A DNA stretch of 63,192 nucleotides, the filler included, from Octopus bimaculoides (Eukaryota), in NCBI RefSeq assembly GCF_001194135.2. It is 5 parts of 4 records of this genome, joined end to end, with 100 filler letters (N's around TTAATTAATTAA, not from the genome) between each part and the next. Parts side by side here need not be neighbours in the genome. Positions count along the whole stretch, not along the records: positions 1 to 22,183 come from NC_068988.1; 4 more parts are not named here. One strand, 5' to 3'. The position numbers and the translations under genes were made by a program. Numbering within the stretch: position 1 is the stretch's first letter; every line of letters begins with the position of its first letter. Shown here in pieces: positions 1 through 13,865 of the stretch. The notes under the pieces are model-generated. The model ran no database searches. It was given only the letters and a program-made list of their open reading frames with translations, and had not been told where the DNA came from.

Positions 1-126
1 AGCAAAGTGAATTTCTTAAACGCGCATTCACACCACACGCATAAATATCTGATACATACTCTCTCTAAATCTAACATATTCCTCTTACTGTACATGAACA
101 TGTGCATTGATATTGATAACCACAAA

Positions 127-176
<50 letters not shown>

Positions 177-2711
177 ACATGCGCAAAACAAACAAACAAA
201 AAATAAAATCTACAAGCACGGTCATTCACAAAGGAAAGCACGCAGAAATATAAGGCCTCATAAAAAATACAAATTCATATACAAACATAAAATACACGCA
301 GCAAAAATCTCAAGAGGGGCACATTTCGTACTCTTTGATGTCTTTGATAAATTAGAGAGCAATATGATGAAACTTTAGCTCTCTCTGCATCATGTTATGC
401 CTTATGATCTTCCTGTGCGTATCGAATAAAATAAAGCATTTGTTTTTTAGACCTAAAAAGCGGTCATTATCCTGTTACATTTGATATCCGTAAAAGTTTT
501 TCTCATAAGAACACCTTTTTTTACATTTCACTTCAAAGACGAACTAAGACATGTGAATAAATGATGGCCGCCGATTTGAGACGTGATTTAATTAATATAA
601 AACTTACTAAACGTATGCTTTATCTATTATTTAGTAGTATACGGTCGTTCAGCATACTAGAAATAATAGTTAGATTTTCCATATGTAACATCAAACCGTT
701 AAAAAATTTTTAAGATCGCAAGAAACAGGGAATAGTACAAGTAGCAAGGCTAGGAAAAGGATTGACGGTGGGAGGGGAGCAGTTCGCCTCAGCAACGATT
801 TTTATGGGGCTACATTAGTACTGTTGTATAGTGTGTCAGAAAACAAAGATTGCGACAGTCACACATTAGAACATTTTAGTGTTCTCAATCAGGACGGACA
901 TGGTTTTCAATAACAATCACAGAAACACGCAAGACTACCATCATGACCAGCAACACCAACACCATCACTACCACCACCACAACCACCACCACCACCAACA
1001 CCAGCAACACCAACATCAAAAGTAAAAACAACTCGTTCACATGTTATGAGAATTGCATAGTTCCCATATGGTTTTTTGCAGTAAGATCTTAGTTTTTCTT
1101 TCTTTCTTCAGTCTTTGGATTGATAAAACCGGTCATCTGGTTTCCATGACGTTCTTCCATGAACGGGACGCCGGTGAGCTGCAGAGTTCAAAGCCAGCTA
1201 TCTTGAGGGGTGGGATGAGGGGAGACAGGTCGATTACCTCAACTCCAATACTTAGCAAGTACTTTATTTTATCGGTCCTCAAAAGAATGAAAGGTAAAAT
1301 TGGCCTCGGCAGGATTTGAACTCAGGGCGTCAAGCGTCGGAAAAAATACCGCTAAGTATTTTGTGCGACGCACTAACAATTCCGCTAACTCACCGCATTT
1401 TGAACTTAGTTACGGACATTTTACAAAGAAATGACATGCATTCAAACCTTAACACATGGTATGATGGTGATAACTTGATTTCACTCCTGTTGAGGAGTTC
1501 TTTAGACGTGGGTTGGAGCGTAGGATTATCTGCATCGCAGATCATTGAAAGTGGTCCAATATCGTATCAATAACTGAACCAATGACGCCTTTGTACTTCC
1601 GTTAAACAAAATATGAATATAGAACTCTTAGAGTGACAAAAAAAAAAAAACAATAATCTAACGCGAACAAAATAAAATTATTCGAAACCAATTAGAAAAA
1701 AAATATTTGCCTGAAATAATGCCAAAATTAACAGCATTATGCACTTAAAAACCAAATATAACTGCATCAAAGACAGCACCTAAAAGTGAGATCAAGCAAT
1801 AGTATTAAAAAAATATATAATATAAAGAATTTTTCTTGTGTTCTGGAAGATACAAAACCATGGACCTATTTATATACTAAAGAAGACAGAAGCAGAAAGC
1901 CACGTTACCGTGTACTCTGTAGATATCTTGTCGATATCGACACTGTTCGTGAAGATTATACTTCTCGAATCTCTCCAATAACAAAATTTATTTAAACTAA
2001 AATATATTCATAAAAGTTAAAATATAATACAGCAACTGAAGAGCAGCAGCTGGTTCATGCCAATTATCTGTTGTTAACGATAATCTGGACGATAGCTTAT
2101 GAATGTGTTTAGAAGAGAACGTGATAAATTTTAACCATCTTTAAACTGAAATGGTAATCCCAAGTTTTAACAAAATTCAATAAGTTCCATGCATAACAGG
2201 TAAGTAAGCCTTACTCATACATACACACCCCGACGCACATTCAAACACCCACACATATACACACGATTACTTAGAAATACACACAACGATTATGTATATA
2301 TGGTATCATAGTGTATATATTTACAAGCATGTCTACATATATATACATACATACCTGCATATATATATATATATATATATATANNNNNNNNNNNNNNNNN
2401 NNNNNNNNNNNNNNNNNNNNNNNNNNNNNNNNNNNNNNNNNNNNNNNNNNNNNNNNNNNNNNNNNNNNNNNNNNNNNNNNNNNNNNNNNNNNNNNNNNNN
2501 NNNNNNNNNNNNNNNNNNNNNNNNNNNNNNNNNNNNNNNNNNNNNNNNNNNNNNNNNNNNNNNNNNNNNNNNNNNNNNNNNNNNNNNNNNNNNNNNNNNN
2601 NNNNNNNNNNNNNNNNNNNNNNNNNNNNNNNNNNNNNNNNNNNNNNNNNNNNNNNNNNNNNNNNNNNNNNNNNNNNNNNNNNNNNNNNNNNNNNNNNNNN
2701 NNNNNNNNNNA

Positions 2712-3068
2712 TACGACTCCGTCTGTCACGAATGACCATATGAGCACCTAAGAGGTTCCCCTCTGGGGTACAAGTCTGGGCGATAAGTCGTCTCACCGGC
2801 GAACACACAACCTAGGGTTGTTTTTATGGAATATCAGCAGCCGCCCATGCATACCAGCCCCCCTCTCTACGCCACTGATGTTATCCAAAGGAAAGGCAAA
2901 GGCTTGGCACCTGTGACGTCGCAGCTCATTTCTACAGCTGAGTGAACTGGAACAACATGAAATAAAGTGTCTTGCTCAAGAACACAACACCCAGCCCAGT
3001 CCGGGAATCGAACTCACAACCCCACGATCGTAAGCTCTGCGCTCTAACCACTGAGCTATGCGCCTTCA
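2712..3068 (-). mobile_element. SINE family C (tRNA head plus core-like domain)
   Basis: Minus strand gcatagctcagtggttagagcg (A box), gagttcgattccc (B box), then gtgttcttgagcaagacactt..cactcagctgtagaaatgag. Partial + copy at about 20962-21075. Confidence 0.85.
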
Positions 3069-3108
3069 CATGTATGACATATGTATATACATACATACAT
3101 ATATATAA

Positions 3109-3149
<41 letters not shown>

Positions 3150-4052
3150 ACGTGTGTAGGTGTGTATATGTACGTATGTGTGCATGTTTGTATGTGTTGT
3201 GTGTATATATGTTTGTGTGCAATGAAAAAGGTGACAGAGAGTGACGTCAAAAGATTTAGAGAAAAAGAAGGCGAAAAATCATGCAAACGCAAACATTCTC
3301 TTTCCCCTCATCATTTGTCCACCAAATATTGTCACAATTTATAAATACACGCCTAAATACATATGTATTGCACCCACAGATAACGAGCTTATTAATACAT
3401 TTCATACCTTTTAAGCATTGTAATTCGAGATATCGTTTTCCATTCTAGTCGTGAATGTGTTATTTTATTTACAACCAGTTATTAAAGACAAATAGTCGAA
3501 AACATCCAATTTACAAAATTTCGTATTACTTTTTAACGATATTCCTTGAGGAACTTTCATGTTAAAATTATTAATAAAAGGAAATATTATATCTACGGCA
3601 GAAAGATACAAATACGTTTGATATAAAAACTATAATGTTTTGAAAAGCTTGATTATTTTCTCTATAATCATTTAATTGAATATAAAATAATTTGCGTTGA
3701 ATGCTAACATCCTTATTCTAAGTTTAATGACGCGGTTAATAATTATCGGAAAATATCTTTTAATAGATATGAATAGAGAGAAAGACTAGAATACTTAACA
3801 AGATATATAGTTATATAGACGCATTAAAGCATACTCTAACGAAATGTGGATGGTATCATGAATAAATACCGATATATATATATATATATATATACAGGAA
3901 TAAGGGCAGGGAATCGTCAATTAGTAATAGAATTAATAATTAACAATTTTGCCAAGTAGTTCAGTATGAAAAAACCTTTATCGGTAAAACCATTTATCAT
4001 CATAAATATACAGGGATTAGCAATTGAGTTGCTTCTCCAACATACTGAAAAT

Positions 4053-4174
4053 TTAGAAATAGCAGTCAAAGAACTACTGATTCTAAACTACTAATTTTTC
4101 TCTAAACGGATCGCCATCCGTTTAGAGAAAAATCTGTAGTTTAGAATCAGTAGTTCTTTGACTGCTATTTCTAA
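4053..4174. repeat. Long inverted repeat (59-bp arms, 4-nt loop CGCC)
   Basis: Arms 4053-4111 and 4116-4174 pair at 57/59; the right arm ends at an N-gap. Confidence 0.95.
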
Positions 4175-4561
4175 NNNNNNNNNNNNNNNNNNNNNNNNNN
4201 NNNNNNNNNNNNNNNNNNNNNNNNNNNNNNNNNNNNNNNNNNNNNNNNNNNNNNNNNNNNNNNNNNNNNNNNNNNNNNNNNNNNNNNNNNNNNNNNNNNN
4301 NNNNNNNNNNNNNNNNNNNNNNNNNNNNNNNNNNNNNNNNNNNNNNNNNNNNNCTATTCTTTTAATTGTTTCAGTCATTTGACTGCGACCATGCCGGAGC
4401 ACCGCTCTGATGGGTTTTAGTCGAACAAATCAGCCGCTAGGATTTATTTTTTTTAAAGCCGTGTAGTTATTCTATTAGTCTCTTTTGATGAACAACTAAG
4501 TTACGGGGACGTAAACACACCAACACAGGTTGTCAGGCGGTCGACAAATACAGACACAAAG

Positions 4562-4608
<47 letters not shown>

Positions 4609-4917
4609 GGTGCACACACGTACACACACACACACACATATTTACCACAGGCTTCATTCAGTTACCGTTTACCAAATCCATTCACAAATTTCTCTTTGTA
4701 AATATCCTGAAAATTTCACACAGCCTTGACTTTTGTTGTCTCATTTTAGTTAACATGTACATGCTCACACAAGACCTGAATTAGACTCCTCACTCGTATC
4801 ATTATCAAACCGACGGTCTAACTACGGTCCTTCCATAGCACTTACATAGCCTTACCTACCACCTTGAGTCTTCTGCATACCAATACCTCTCATACCTTTA
4901 CATATATATACATATAT

Positions 4918-4986
<69 letters not shown>

Positions 4987-6400
4987 NNNNNNNNNNNNNN
5001 NNNNNNNNNNNNNNNNNNNNNNNNNNNNNNNNNNNNNNNNNNNNNNNNNNNNNNNNNNNNNNNNNNNNNNNNNNNNNNNNNNNNNNNNNNNNNNNNNNNN
5101 NNNNNNNNNNNNNNNNNNNNNNNNNNNNNNNNNNNNNNNNNNNNNNNNNNNNNNNNNNNNNNNNNNNNNNNNNNNNNNNNNNNNNNNNNNNNNNNNNNNN
5201 NNNNNNNNNNNNNNNNNNNNNNNNNNNNNNNNNNNNNNNNNNNNNNNNNNNNNNNNNNNNNNNNNNNNNNNNNNNNNNNNNNNNNNNNNNNNNNNNNNNN
5301 NNNNNNNNNNNNNNNNNNNNNNNNNNNNNNNNNNNNNNNNNNNNNNNNNNNNNNNNNNNNNNNNNNNNNNNNNNNNNNNNNNNNNNNNNNNNNNNNNNNN
5401 NNNNNNNNNNNNNNNNNNNNNNNNNNNNNNNNNNNNNNNNNNNNNNNNNNNNNNNNNNNNNNNNNNNNNNNNNNNNNNNNNNNNNNNNNNNNNNNNNNNN
5501 NNNNNNNNNNNNNNNNNNNNNNNNNNNNNNNNNNNNNNNNNNNNNNNNNNNNNNNNNNNNNNNNNNNNNNNNNNNNNNNNNNNNNNNNNNNNNNNNNNNN
5601 NNNNNNNNNNNNNNNNNNNNNNNNNNNNNNNNNNNNNNNNNNNNNNNNNNNNNNNNNNNNNNNNNNNNNNNNNNNNNNNNNNNNNNNNNNNNNNNNNNNN
5701 NNNNNNNNNNNNNNNNNNNNNNNNNNNNNNNNNNNNNNNNNNNNNNNNNGAAGAAGAATGTTCTCTATGTGGCTTGTGTGTTTTCTCGTCTACGGTTTGT
5801 TTGCAATGTCCTGTACCCAGATATGCACCTATACATACAGGTGGATGTCGGTATGCACATACCTGTACGTATATATGCATATACTCATTTACTATTTGTT
5901 TATATATATATATATATATATACAGAGGTACATACATACACAGGCACACATACACACGAATATATATATATATATATACACGCGCAGAGATATATGCGTG
6001 CGTGAATTTAAGAAAAAAAGTTTTGATTTACAGAAAATAATCATAGGAAATTTTCAATAATTTATTGATTCAACGTTTCCAATTGTTCCATTGTTTCACT
6101 TGTTTCCTAAAAAATAGTGAATAAATGGTTAACTTTCTTTCATACACGATTAATGCTCTTCTATAAATTATGTTGTTATTTTACAGAAGTAATATATTGT
6201 CAGGTTAAAAAGCACAAAGGTCTTAATATAATGTTCATTTAAATGTTTTAACTGCTATTTATGTATTGTAATGAAATATGACTTTTTCTGTGACCTTATA
6301 TTCCTGCACGATGTGCGTGTGCTGTGTTATTGCATATATTCACATGCGTGTATGCATATACATGTTTGTGAACGTATTTATCTGCGTGTGTCTGTGAAAG

Positions 6401-6715
6401 CTAAAGCTCTATTCTCTGCAGAGGAGACGTGAAAGGTATGCAGTGAAATATATGGATGATCTTCGAAGATCTACCAACCAACGTTTGGGAATGAATGCTG
6501 TACCAATCACCGGGACAGGACAGCACTGTGTCGTTACAAAGATCCTGCTCTCTTCGTTCAGTGAAAGAACACAGTACCGCAATGGCTTAGGATTCAAAGG
6601 ACTACAACTATTCTAAGCATTAACAAAGCCTCTGGCTGAAATTGATAATAGATTAATAGAATAAGAGAATATACAGGTACATACATACATACATACATAC
6701 ATACATACATACATA
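6401..6715 (+). mobile_element. L2/CR1-group LINE 3' fragment with (TACA)n tail
   Basis: LKLYSLQRRRERYAV.. then, after frameshifts, ..TGQHCVVTKI..RTQYRNGLGFKGLQLF; ends in (tac a)n at 6679-6715. Confidence 0.7.
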
Positions 6716-6822
6716 CCCTGTTGTTGATGTTGAAATTCCAATGAAGGAGCCTTGGATCTAAGTTGGAAACCAGCTCTTTCTCTATTGGCAAGAAATCTTA
6801 GAATAAACTGAATATATACGTG

Positions 6823-6854
<32 letters not shown>

Positions 6855-7163
6855 ATATNNNNNNNNNNNNNNNNNNNNNNNNNNNNNNNNNNNNNNNNNN
6901 NNNNNNNNNNNNNNNNNNNNNNNNNNNNNNNNNNNNNNNNNNNNNNNNNNNNNNNNNNNNNNNNNNNNNNNNNNNNNNNNNNNNNNNNNNNNNNNNNNNN
7001 NNNNNNNNNNNNNNNNNNNNNNNNNNNNNNNNNNNNNNNNNNNNNNNNNNNNNNNNNNNNNNNNNNNNNNNNNNNNNNNNNNNNNNNNNNNNNNNNNNNN
7101 NNNNNNNNNNNNNNNNNNNNNNNNNNNNNNNNNNNNNNNNNNNNNNNNNNNNNNNNNNNNNNN

Positions 7164-7211
<48 letters not shown>

Positions 7212-7584
7212 ATCTATTGATCAATTGAGGCAAATTGAATTACCATTGTTTTTAACTTGTTTCTTCTATATCAATACTTGTAAGAATCAGTTTGTCTGGA
7301 GTCCTACAGATTAACAATATAGAATTGCGATGAACCATAATCTTGAACCCTACCAACAGATTACCAGGAGCTCTTTACTAATCTGAGTAATATTGTTATC
7401 TTGCTGTGCCAACAGAGAACTAATGAAGTATTTTGCCCGGATTGATATCCTTCACTATTTGTTTTCTCGCTCTCGCTTTCTCTCACTGTCTTTGTATATG
7501 TATATATATGTATATATACATGTGGGTGCTGTGTGCGCCATTGCTTGTGCGCCATATCTTATATTTATTTTTCCTTTCTTTCAG

Positions 7585-7681
7585 ACTGCCACTTGAAACA
7601 CTTTCACTATCACTTAATTGCTCTCTGTGTATGGATCAGTGCTGCCGTATGGGCGTTCTTTCCACTGTTTGGATGGGGCAG
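7585..7681 (+). CDS. RRH: Peropsin-like opsin, internal exon encoding ICL2-TM4 (xCHLKHFHYHLIALCVWISAAVWAFFPLFGWG-R)
   Basis: Polypyrimidine acceptor ttttcctttctttcag (AG 7583-7584) and donor AG|GTATAA at 7682. The open frame gives the opsin TM4 signature W-x4-W-A-x2-P-x2-GWG. It ends in phase 2 (AG), matching the next exon, which starts with A (AGA = Arg). The ORF track shows only the wrong frame here. Confidence 0.9.
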
Positions 7682-8317
7682 GTATAAACTCTATCTTATT
7701 TTTACCTGATTAGACCGGGAATTGAATTGCACATTGCAACAGTATAGGCTTACAAAAATACATATATATATGTATACGTGTGTGGGTGTCTACGCGCATG
7801 TGTCTGCACACGCGCATGTGGATCACGTATGTGTATATGTGTGCGTGTATGACCTTTTCCATTTTTAAATATTTGATGTCTTTTTATAAGGAAGGAGCTG
7901 ATTTTTAACGAAAACACAAAACTCCATCGTTGTAATGTAGACAACTAAAAGAATACTAAATTTAGAACTTGAAAAGATCTCGCATACTTTTACTGTTCCA
8001 CTTACAGAGTTATATGCCTTTTAAATAGTTGATTTCTTTCACTGAAAATCTCAGCTTGTCCATGTAACTTAGGTATATACCCATAAAATCATTTATTGCT
8101 ATAAAGGTGAATTTATAAGCTCTATGTAAAAGTGTGGGGTTTTCGAAGCATGTATATATATGTATATTCAACTGAATTTCAATAATTTAAACAATGGTCG
8201 CTTTAGCGTAAAACTATCGTAGAAAATTAAAAGTATTTATCTTGTGTATTATAACAAATTTGCTGTTTACTCTACGAAGCGTATTGAATAATCTTAATTA
8301 TATTGCTGTCAAATTTT

Positions 8318-8518
8318 GGCAGATGTCCAGCAATTTGAGGGGCGGGGTAAGTCGATTATATCGACTCCAGTACTCAGTCGGTACTTATGTTATCGACCCT
8401 AAAAGAACGAAAAGCAAAATCGACCTCGGCGGAATTTGAACTCAGAACGAAAAGACGGACGAAATGCCGCTCAGCATTTTGCCTGGCATACTAACGATTC
8501 TGCCAGCTCGCTGCCTTG
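8318..8518 (-). mobile_element. SINE family A copy
   Basis: Reverse complement of the family A body. Further copies: about 1200-1395 (-), 33955-34122 (-), 53147-53348 (+) and 54400-54615 (+). Confidence 0.85.
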
Positions 8519-8543
8519 GTAGACGGAAACTGAAAGAAGCCCA

Positions 8544-8584
<41 letters not shown>

Positions 8585-9299
8585 CAGATGTGTGTGTGTG
8601 TGTGTGAATGTCTGTTTTTGTCCCCTACCACCGATTGGCAACCGGTGTTGATATATTTACGTCCCTGTAAATAAGCGGTTCGGCAAGAGTGACCGATAGA
8701 ATAAGTACCAGGCTTCAAAATACGTAGTGCGGTCGATTCGTTCGACTAAAATTCATCAAGGCGGTGCTCCAGCGTTGCCGCAGTCTAATGACTGCAACAA
8801 GTAAAAGAATACATACATAACGAGGCGATTCAGAAAATCCAGGTGAATACCTCAATCAACACTCCATGCGAACTCCAAACTAAACCGGAAGTATAGAAGA
8901 AAAAACAACAACAATCCATTAAATCCGAAATACTGCGCAACAACTGAAAACCCAGTGTATAAAATAAAGGAATAGAATTGCCGGGGCGCACTTATTAATT
9001 AGATACAATCGTTTCAATAACCATCTTATATATATATCAATTAATATGCTAGATCATATACACAGAGGTTATATTAAGCCAGTGTAGTTTTAAAAGAAAA
9101 TCCCAACCACTCATCTCATCAGGATTTTTAAGTATGTATTACTTAATACATTCAACTGTTACATTTGTGAAGCACAAGTATGGGGTAAGGTTTTGACTTT
9201 TCATTATAGAAACGACTATTAAACCAGAGAAAATCATGAACTAAAAAGCGGACGTAAAAGCTTTAGGCCGTTCTTAAATGGTTGAAATATGTTGTTGAG

Positions 9300-9760
9300 C
9301 TGTGTGTCTGTGTGTCTGTCTGCCTATCTGTCTGTCTGCCTGCCTGTATGTATGTCTGTCTATGTATATATGTACGAATGTATATATGTATGAATGTATA
9401 TATGAATGTATGAGTGTTTGTGTGTATGTATGTGTATGTATATATGCATGTATATATATGTATGAATGTATGTATGCATGTTTATTTGTATGTATGTAAA
9501 TATGGATATGTATGTTTGTATGTATGTTTGCGTTTGTTTGTATGCTTGTATGTATGTATATATGTATTTATGAATGTATGCATGCATGTTTATTTGTATG
9601 TATGTATGCATGTATGTAGGTACCTATGCATGTGTGTATGTATGTAGCAATGTACGTGTGTGTGTATACATGTATGTATGTACGTATGTATGTGCGTGTG
9701 TATGCATGTAGTAATGTATGTGTCTGTATGTATATATATGTATTTATATATGTACGTTTA
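9300..9760 (+). repeat. Degenerate (TATG)/(TG) low-complexity array
   Basis: Direct inspection. Similar arrays at about 39620-39990, 42860-43150, 53730-53890 and 59750-59970; dozens of (CA)n/(TA)n/(CT)n tracts border the gaps. Confidence 0.95.
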
Positions 9761-10129
9761 TTTCTTTTGGCTCAAACAGAAGATTTTATAAAGTATTTTA
9801 TTCACCGTTTCTTTTCTATAGTTTAGCTGGATATATAAAAGTGTTGCCGTTTTGATTCTTTCCCTGTGGAGAACCCAACATGTTTATATGGCTATTTGAA
9901 TGTTCCAATATCTATCTTAATGCGCAGGCTTGCTAACGACCAGTTCAAGATAATAGAAGTGACACTTCATAACATACTACAACACAGTTGCATCTGTATA
10001 TTTTATGCATTAGTATTTGCTGTTGTAGACGAACCATTCGTATTTCGATAGAAAATGAATTCGACAGCATTGCAAGGTATTCGTTTGGCTGTTCTGAGGA
10101 AATATATAACACCTTTCGTCATTTGAGGT

Positions 10130-10855
10130 GGCGAAATGGCAAAGTTGTTAGATCTTCGAGAGAAAATGCTAAACGTCTTCCGGTCCTTTAAGTTCTTCGC
10201 TCAAACCCTGCCAATAGCAACTTTGCATTTCATCCCTTCGAGGTCGAAACGGTAAAGTATCAATATAATACTAGTATCAATGTAGTTGACAAGCCATCTC
10301 CCCTAAAATTTCAGATCTTGTGCTTTTAGTTGAAAGAAAAAAAAAATGTCAGTGTATGCGACAACCTGGCAGAATCATTAGCTCGTCTGACGAAATGCTT
10401 AACGGCATATCTTCCGGCTCTTTAAGTTCTGAGTTCAGATCCCATCGATGGCAATTTTGCATTTCATCATTTCGGAATCGATAAAATAAAGTACCAGGCA
10501 AGTACAAAGGTCAGTGTAGTTGACGAACCATTTCACCTAAAATTTCAGGTCTTGTGCCTATAGTTGAAAGAAAAAGAAAATGTCATTGGATTCGATGGCC
10601 TGGCAGAATCGTTAGTACAATGAATGTGTATCAGTTATAGTGTATTAAAAATAAATAAAACTGATGTTCGGTTGATATCATAATACATCCATTATATTTA
10701 TTTTAGAGTAATTGTTTAGGCTTTAACATCCTCGCAGTATTTCCTCAGCTATTACGTTCCGAGTTCCGCCGAGATCATCTTTGCCTTTCATCCTTTCGGT
10801 GTCGATAAAATGAAGCACCGGTCAAACATCGGTGTCTCCTCAAAATTACTGGCGA
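10130..10855 (+). mobile_element. SINE family A, three decayed copies
   Basis: Repeats of tggc.gaa..gttag...gaaatgct..gttc...cctttcatc...gtcgataaa at about 10130-10340, 10364-10575 and 10720-10855. Confidence 0.75.
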
Positions 10856-11282
10856 TGAACCCTGCAACGGACCGGCGTCTTGCTTAGTTTATCTGCAATA
10901 AATTCTTTATACTTCTACAATGCACAAAATATATTATTTTTTTATACAATTTCTGATAATAATTAATAGAAAAAATACAGTAGGATTTGTTTCTATATAC
11001 ATCGAATAGCTATGAGGAACCAGTACAGCAAAATTGGAATCAAGGGGCCCATAGGCAAAAAATCGTTGAGAACCACTGGACAAAGTTGACTGAAAATTCA
11101 ATTTTCTTTCTATTATAGCTGGAACATTTCAACTTTTCTAGGTTTTACTTGAAGTTTGGGTTGCTTAATATCTCTTTACCTTTTGCTTGTTTCAATCATT
11201 GGAACGCGACCATGCTGATGCACAGCCTTGAGGGATTTAGTCGAACAAATTAACTTCCGTATTTACTCTTTTACTCTTTTGC

Positions 11283-11714
11283 TTGTTTCAATCATTTGAC
11301 TGTGGACCATGCTGGAGCACCGCCTTTAGTCGAGCAAATCGACCCCAGGACTTATTCTTTGGAAGCCTAGTACTTATTCTATCGGTCTCTTTTGCCGACC
11401 CGCTAAGTTACGGGGACATAAGCACACCAGCATCGGTTGTCAAGCGATGTTGGCGGGGGGGGGGGGACAAACACAGACACACAAACATACACACACACAC
11501 GCGCACACACACACAAACACACGTGCACACACACATATATATACATATATGCGACAGGCTTCTTTCAGTTTCCGTCTACCAAATCCACTCACAAGGCTTT
11601 GGTCGACCCGAGGCTATAGTAGAAGACACTTGCTCAAGGTGCCACGCAGTGGGACTGAACCCGGAACCATGTGGTTGGTAAGCAAGCTACTTACCACACA
11701 GCCACTCCTACGCC
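11283..11714 (-). mobile_element. SINE family B (tRNA head, internal (CA)n, 3' tail), full-length copy
   Basis: Minus strand ggcgtaggagtggctgtgtggtaagtagc..ggttcagtcccactgcgtggcacc..ggtagacggaaactgaaagaagcc..(tg)n..gtccccgtaacttagcgg..ggtgctccagcatgg. Partial copies: about 4370-4690, 8520-8800, 15680-15745, 16520-16680, 21215-21350, 29680-29830, 32190-32290, 40395-40565, 43150-43315, 51975-52340 and 60985-61170. Confidence 0.9.
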
Positions 11715-13865
11715 TATTTAACTAATTTTCTTTAAAGTCTGGTACTTATTCTGTCAGCTACTTTTGCCGAACTACACGGCTCTACCTGCGTTCGTTTTAA
11801 TCTGCATTTAAACCTTTTCAAACTTTTAGACTTATTAAATTTCCTTAGTTATTAAAAAAAATACATCTCTTAAAATTCTACAGAATATCGAACCTAAAAC
11901 CCGATACCGAAAGTTTACTTATGAACAACGAAAATAAACGTTTTATAGACACATCAGAAACATCGTATTTACTTATTTGAAGAGATGTAGCTACCGTTAT
12001 TAAAGGAAATATTTCCAACTGGGTGCCTTAAAGACAACGCTTGCAGCGACAGTATCACATGGGAAGATAATAATTTGTAAGCATTTGCTGCAGTAAAGGA
12101 TATGTTATACAGTTACATCACAAACTGTTATTTTATATCGCAACCACTGGCTTTGATATATACTCGACAGTTTTATATATNNNNNNNNNNNNNNNNNNNN
12201 NNNNNNNNNNNNNNNNNNNNNNNNNNNNNNNNNNNNNNNNNNNNNNNNNNNNNNNNNNNNNNNNNNNNNNNNNNNNNNNNNNNNNNNNNNNNNNNNNNNN
12301 NNNNNNNNNNNNNNNNNNNNNNNNNNNNNNNNNNNNNNNNNNNNNNNNNNNNNNNNNNNNNNNNNNNNNNNNNNNNNNNNNNNNNNNNNNNNNNNNNNNN
12401 NNNNNNNNNNNNNNNNNNNNNNNNNNNNNNNNNNNNNNNNNNNNNNNNNNNNNNNNNNNNNNNNNNNNNNNNNNNNNNNNNNNNNNNNNNNNNNNNNNNN
12501 NNNNNNNNNNNNNNNNNNNNNNNNNNNNNNNNNNNNNNNNNNNNNNNNNNNNNNNNNNNNNNNNNNNNNNNNNNNNNNNNNNNNNNNNNNNNNNNNNNNN
12601 NNNNNNNNNNNNNNNNNNNNNNNNNNNNNNNNNNNNNNNNNNNNNNNNNNNNNNNNNNNNNNNNNNNNNNNNNNNNNNNNNNNNNNNNNNNNNNNNNNNN
12701 NNNNNNNNNNNNNNNNNNNNNNNNNNNNNNNNNNNNNNNNNNNNNNNNNNNNNNNNNNNNNNNNNNNNNNNNNNNNNNNNNNNNNNNNNNNCACCACCAC
12801 CACCACCACCACCTTCACCGCCGCCGCCCTGCCACCGCAATTCCAGGCACCATTAACACCACCATCACTGCCATCACCAAGACTACCAAAGCTATTACTG
12901 GCAACCGAAGACATTACTTTGATCTGTACCATTTGGTTGTTGGTGATCTTCGTATTAGTTGTGTCGCTATCATTATTACTGTTGTTAGCTGAACGTTGTA
13001 TAAGATAAGGATTGAATTGTTAGAAGGGGTTACGAAGGCGGTTTGGGGCAGCAAAAGCAGCGGGGAGAAGGGTGGCGGCGTGTAGCAGCAGCAGCGGTAG
13101 TATAAAGCGACAAACTGCAGCGGCACGGTTTGATTCAATCATGGACGACGTTTGTTAATGGGACTGTCAAGTGTTTCCTTGTTATGGTTTTCATTTTAAT
13201 ATTATCGATTTATGTCATAAGCAAAAAACATGTCGGATTTACAAGAAATTTAGAAAGAGATTAAATGACGTTAACGATTCAATCCGTTTGATTGCTGCTT
13301 TTTAATATTTGTTTGAAATGCATTTCTCTTGTAGGTTATATTTGTTGCTGTTGTTGTGGCAGTTGTTGGTTTTCCTTAGCACAAAGTTAACCCTCATCAA
13401 GCAGCCCAATGATCAAAGGCGTTCCAGCCTTGACTCTCTTAGCTTTTTCATAATTGGCCTTAATGAATAGTAATAATAATAATAAAGATTTCATTTATCT
13501 GCCATAAGGGCGAAGGGTGAGGGGGGATAACACAAAGACAGCCATAAAGTGTTGGGGTTTAAATATAATGAAATGATTAAAAGATGTAAGCCGATTTCGA
13601 CGTATGAGTGTTCGAAGGAAAGAATTATATTTAAAAAAGGGGATCTTTTCAGTTTGGCTGCACATGAGGAAATTTCAAAATTTAGCGAAAATTCTAAAAT
13701 TTGGTGTACTGATGTAATTTTCCAAGCTAAATTTCGGGAGAAAAAAATGTTTTTAAAAAGTTACAGAGGTTTAAATTTGAATCATTTTTATCCAGTCAGT
13801 ATTTGGAAGCTGTCATTTTGTGAGAGACAGCACGCGTTGTCAACTATAAACAAATGAAATATTAT

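Noticed and set aside
3000-3065. tRNA-like sequences (also at the heads of SINE families A and B, and at 54039)
   Set aside because: They have A/B boxes but no complete cloverleaf or acceptor stem and continue into repeat bodies; they are SINE heads, not tRNA genes.
6735-6790. Hammerhead-like layout ccaauga..stem..GAAA-ccag-cuc
   Set aside because: The essential G5 is missing, stem II is mismatched and there is no proper A15.1-U16.1 pair.
10035-10076. Possible first opsin exon MNSTALQ|gt with an N-glycosylation sequon
   Set aside because: Lies between the TM4 and TM5 exons, so it cannot be the N-terminus of this gene.
12915-12992. HLVVGDLRISCVAI resembling opsin TM2
   Set aside because: Wrong position (inside the TM4-TM5 intron), no splice sites, ends in a stop, low-complexity context.
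13095-13160. TATA-like tataaag followed by ATG
   Set aside because: The ORF is five codons long and intronic; no other support.
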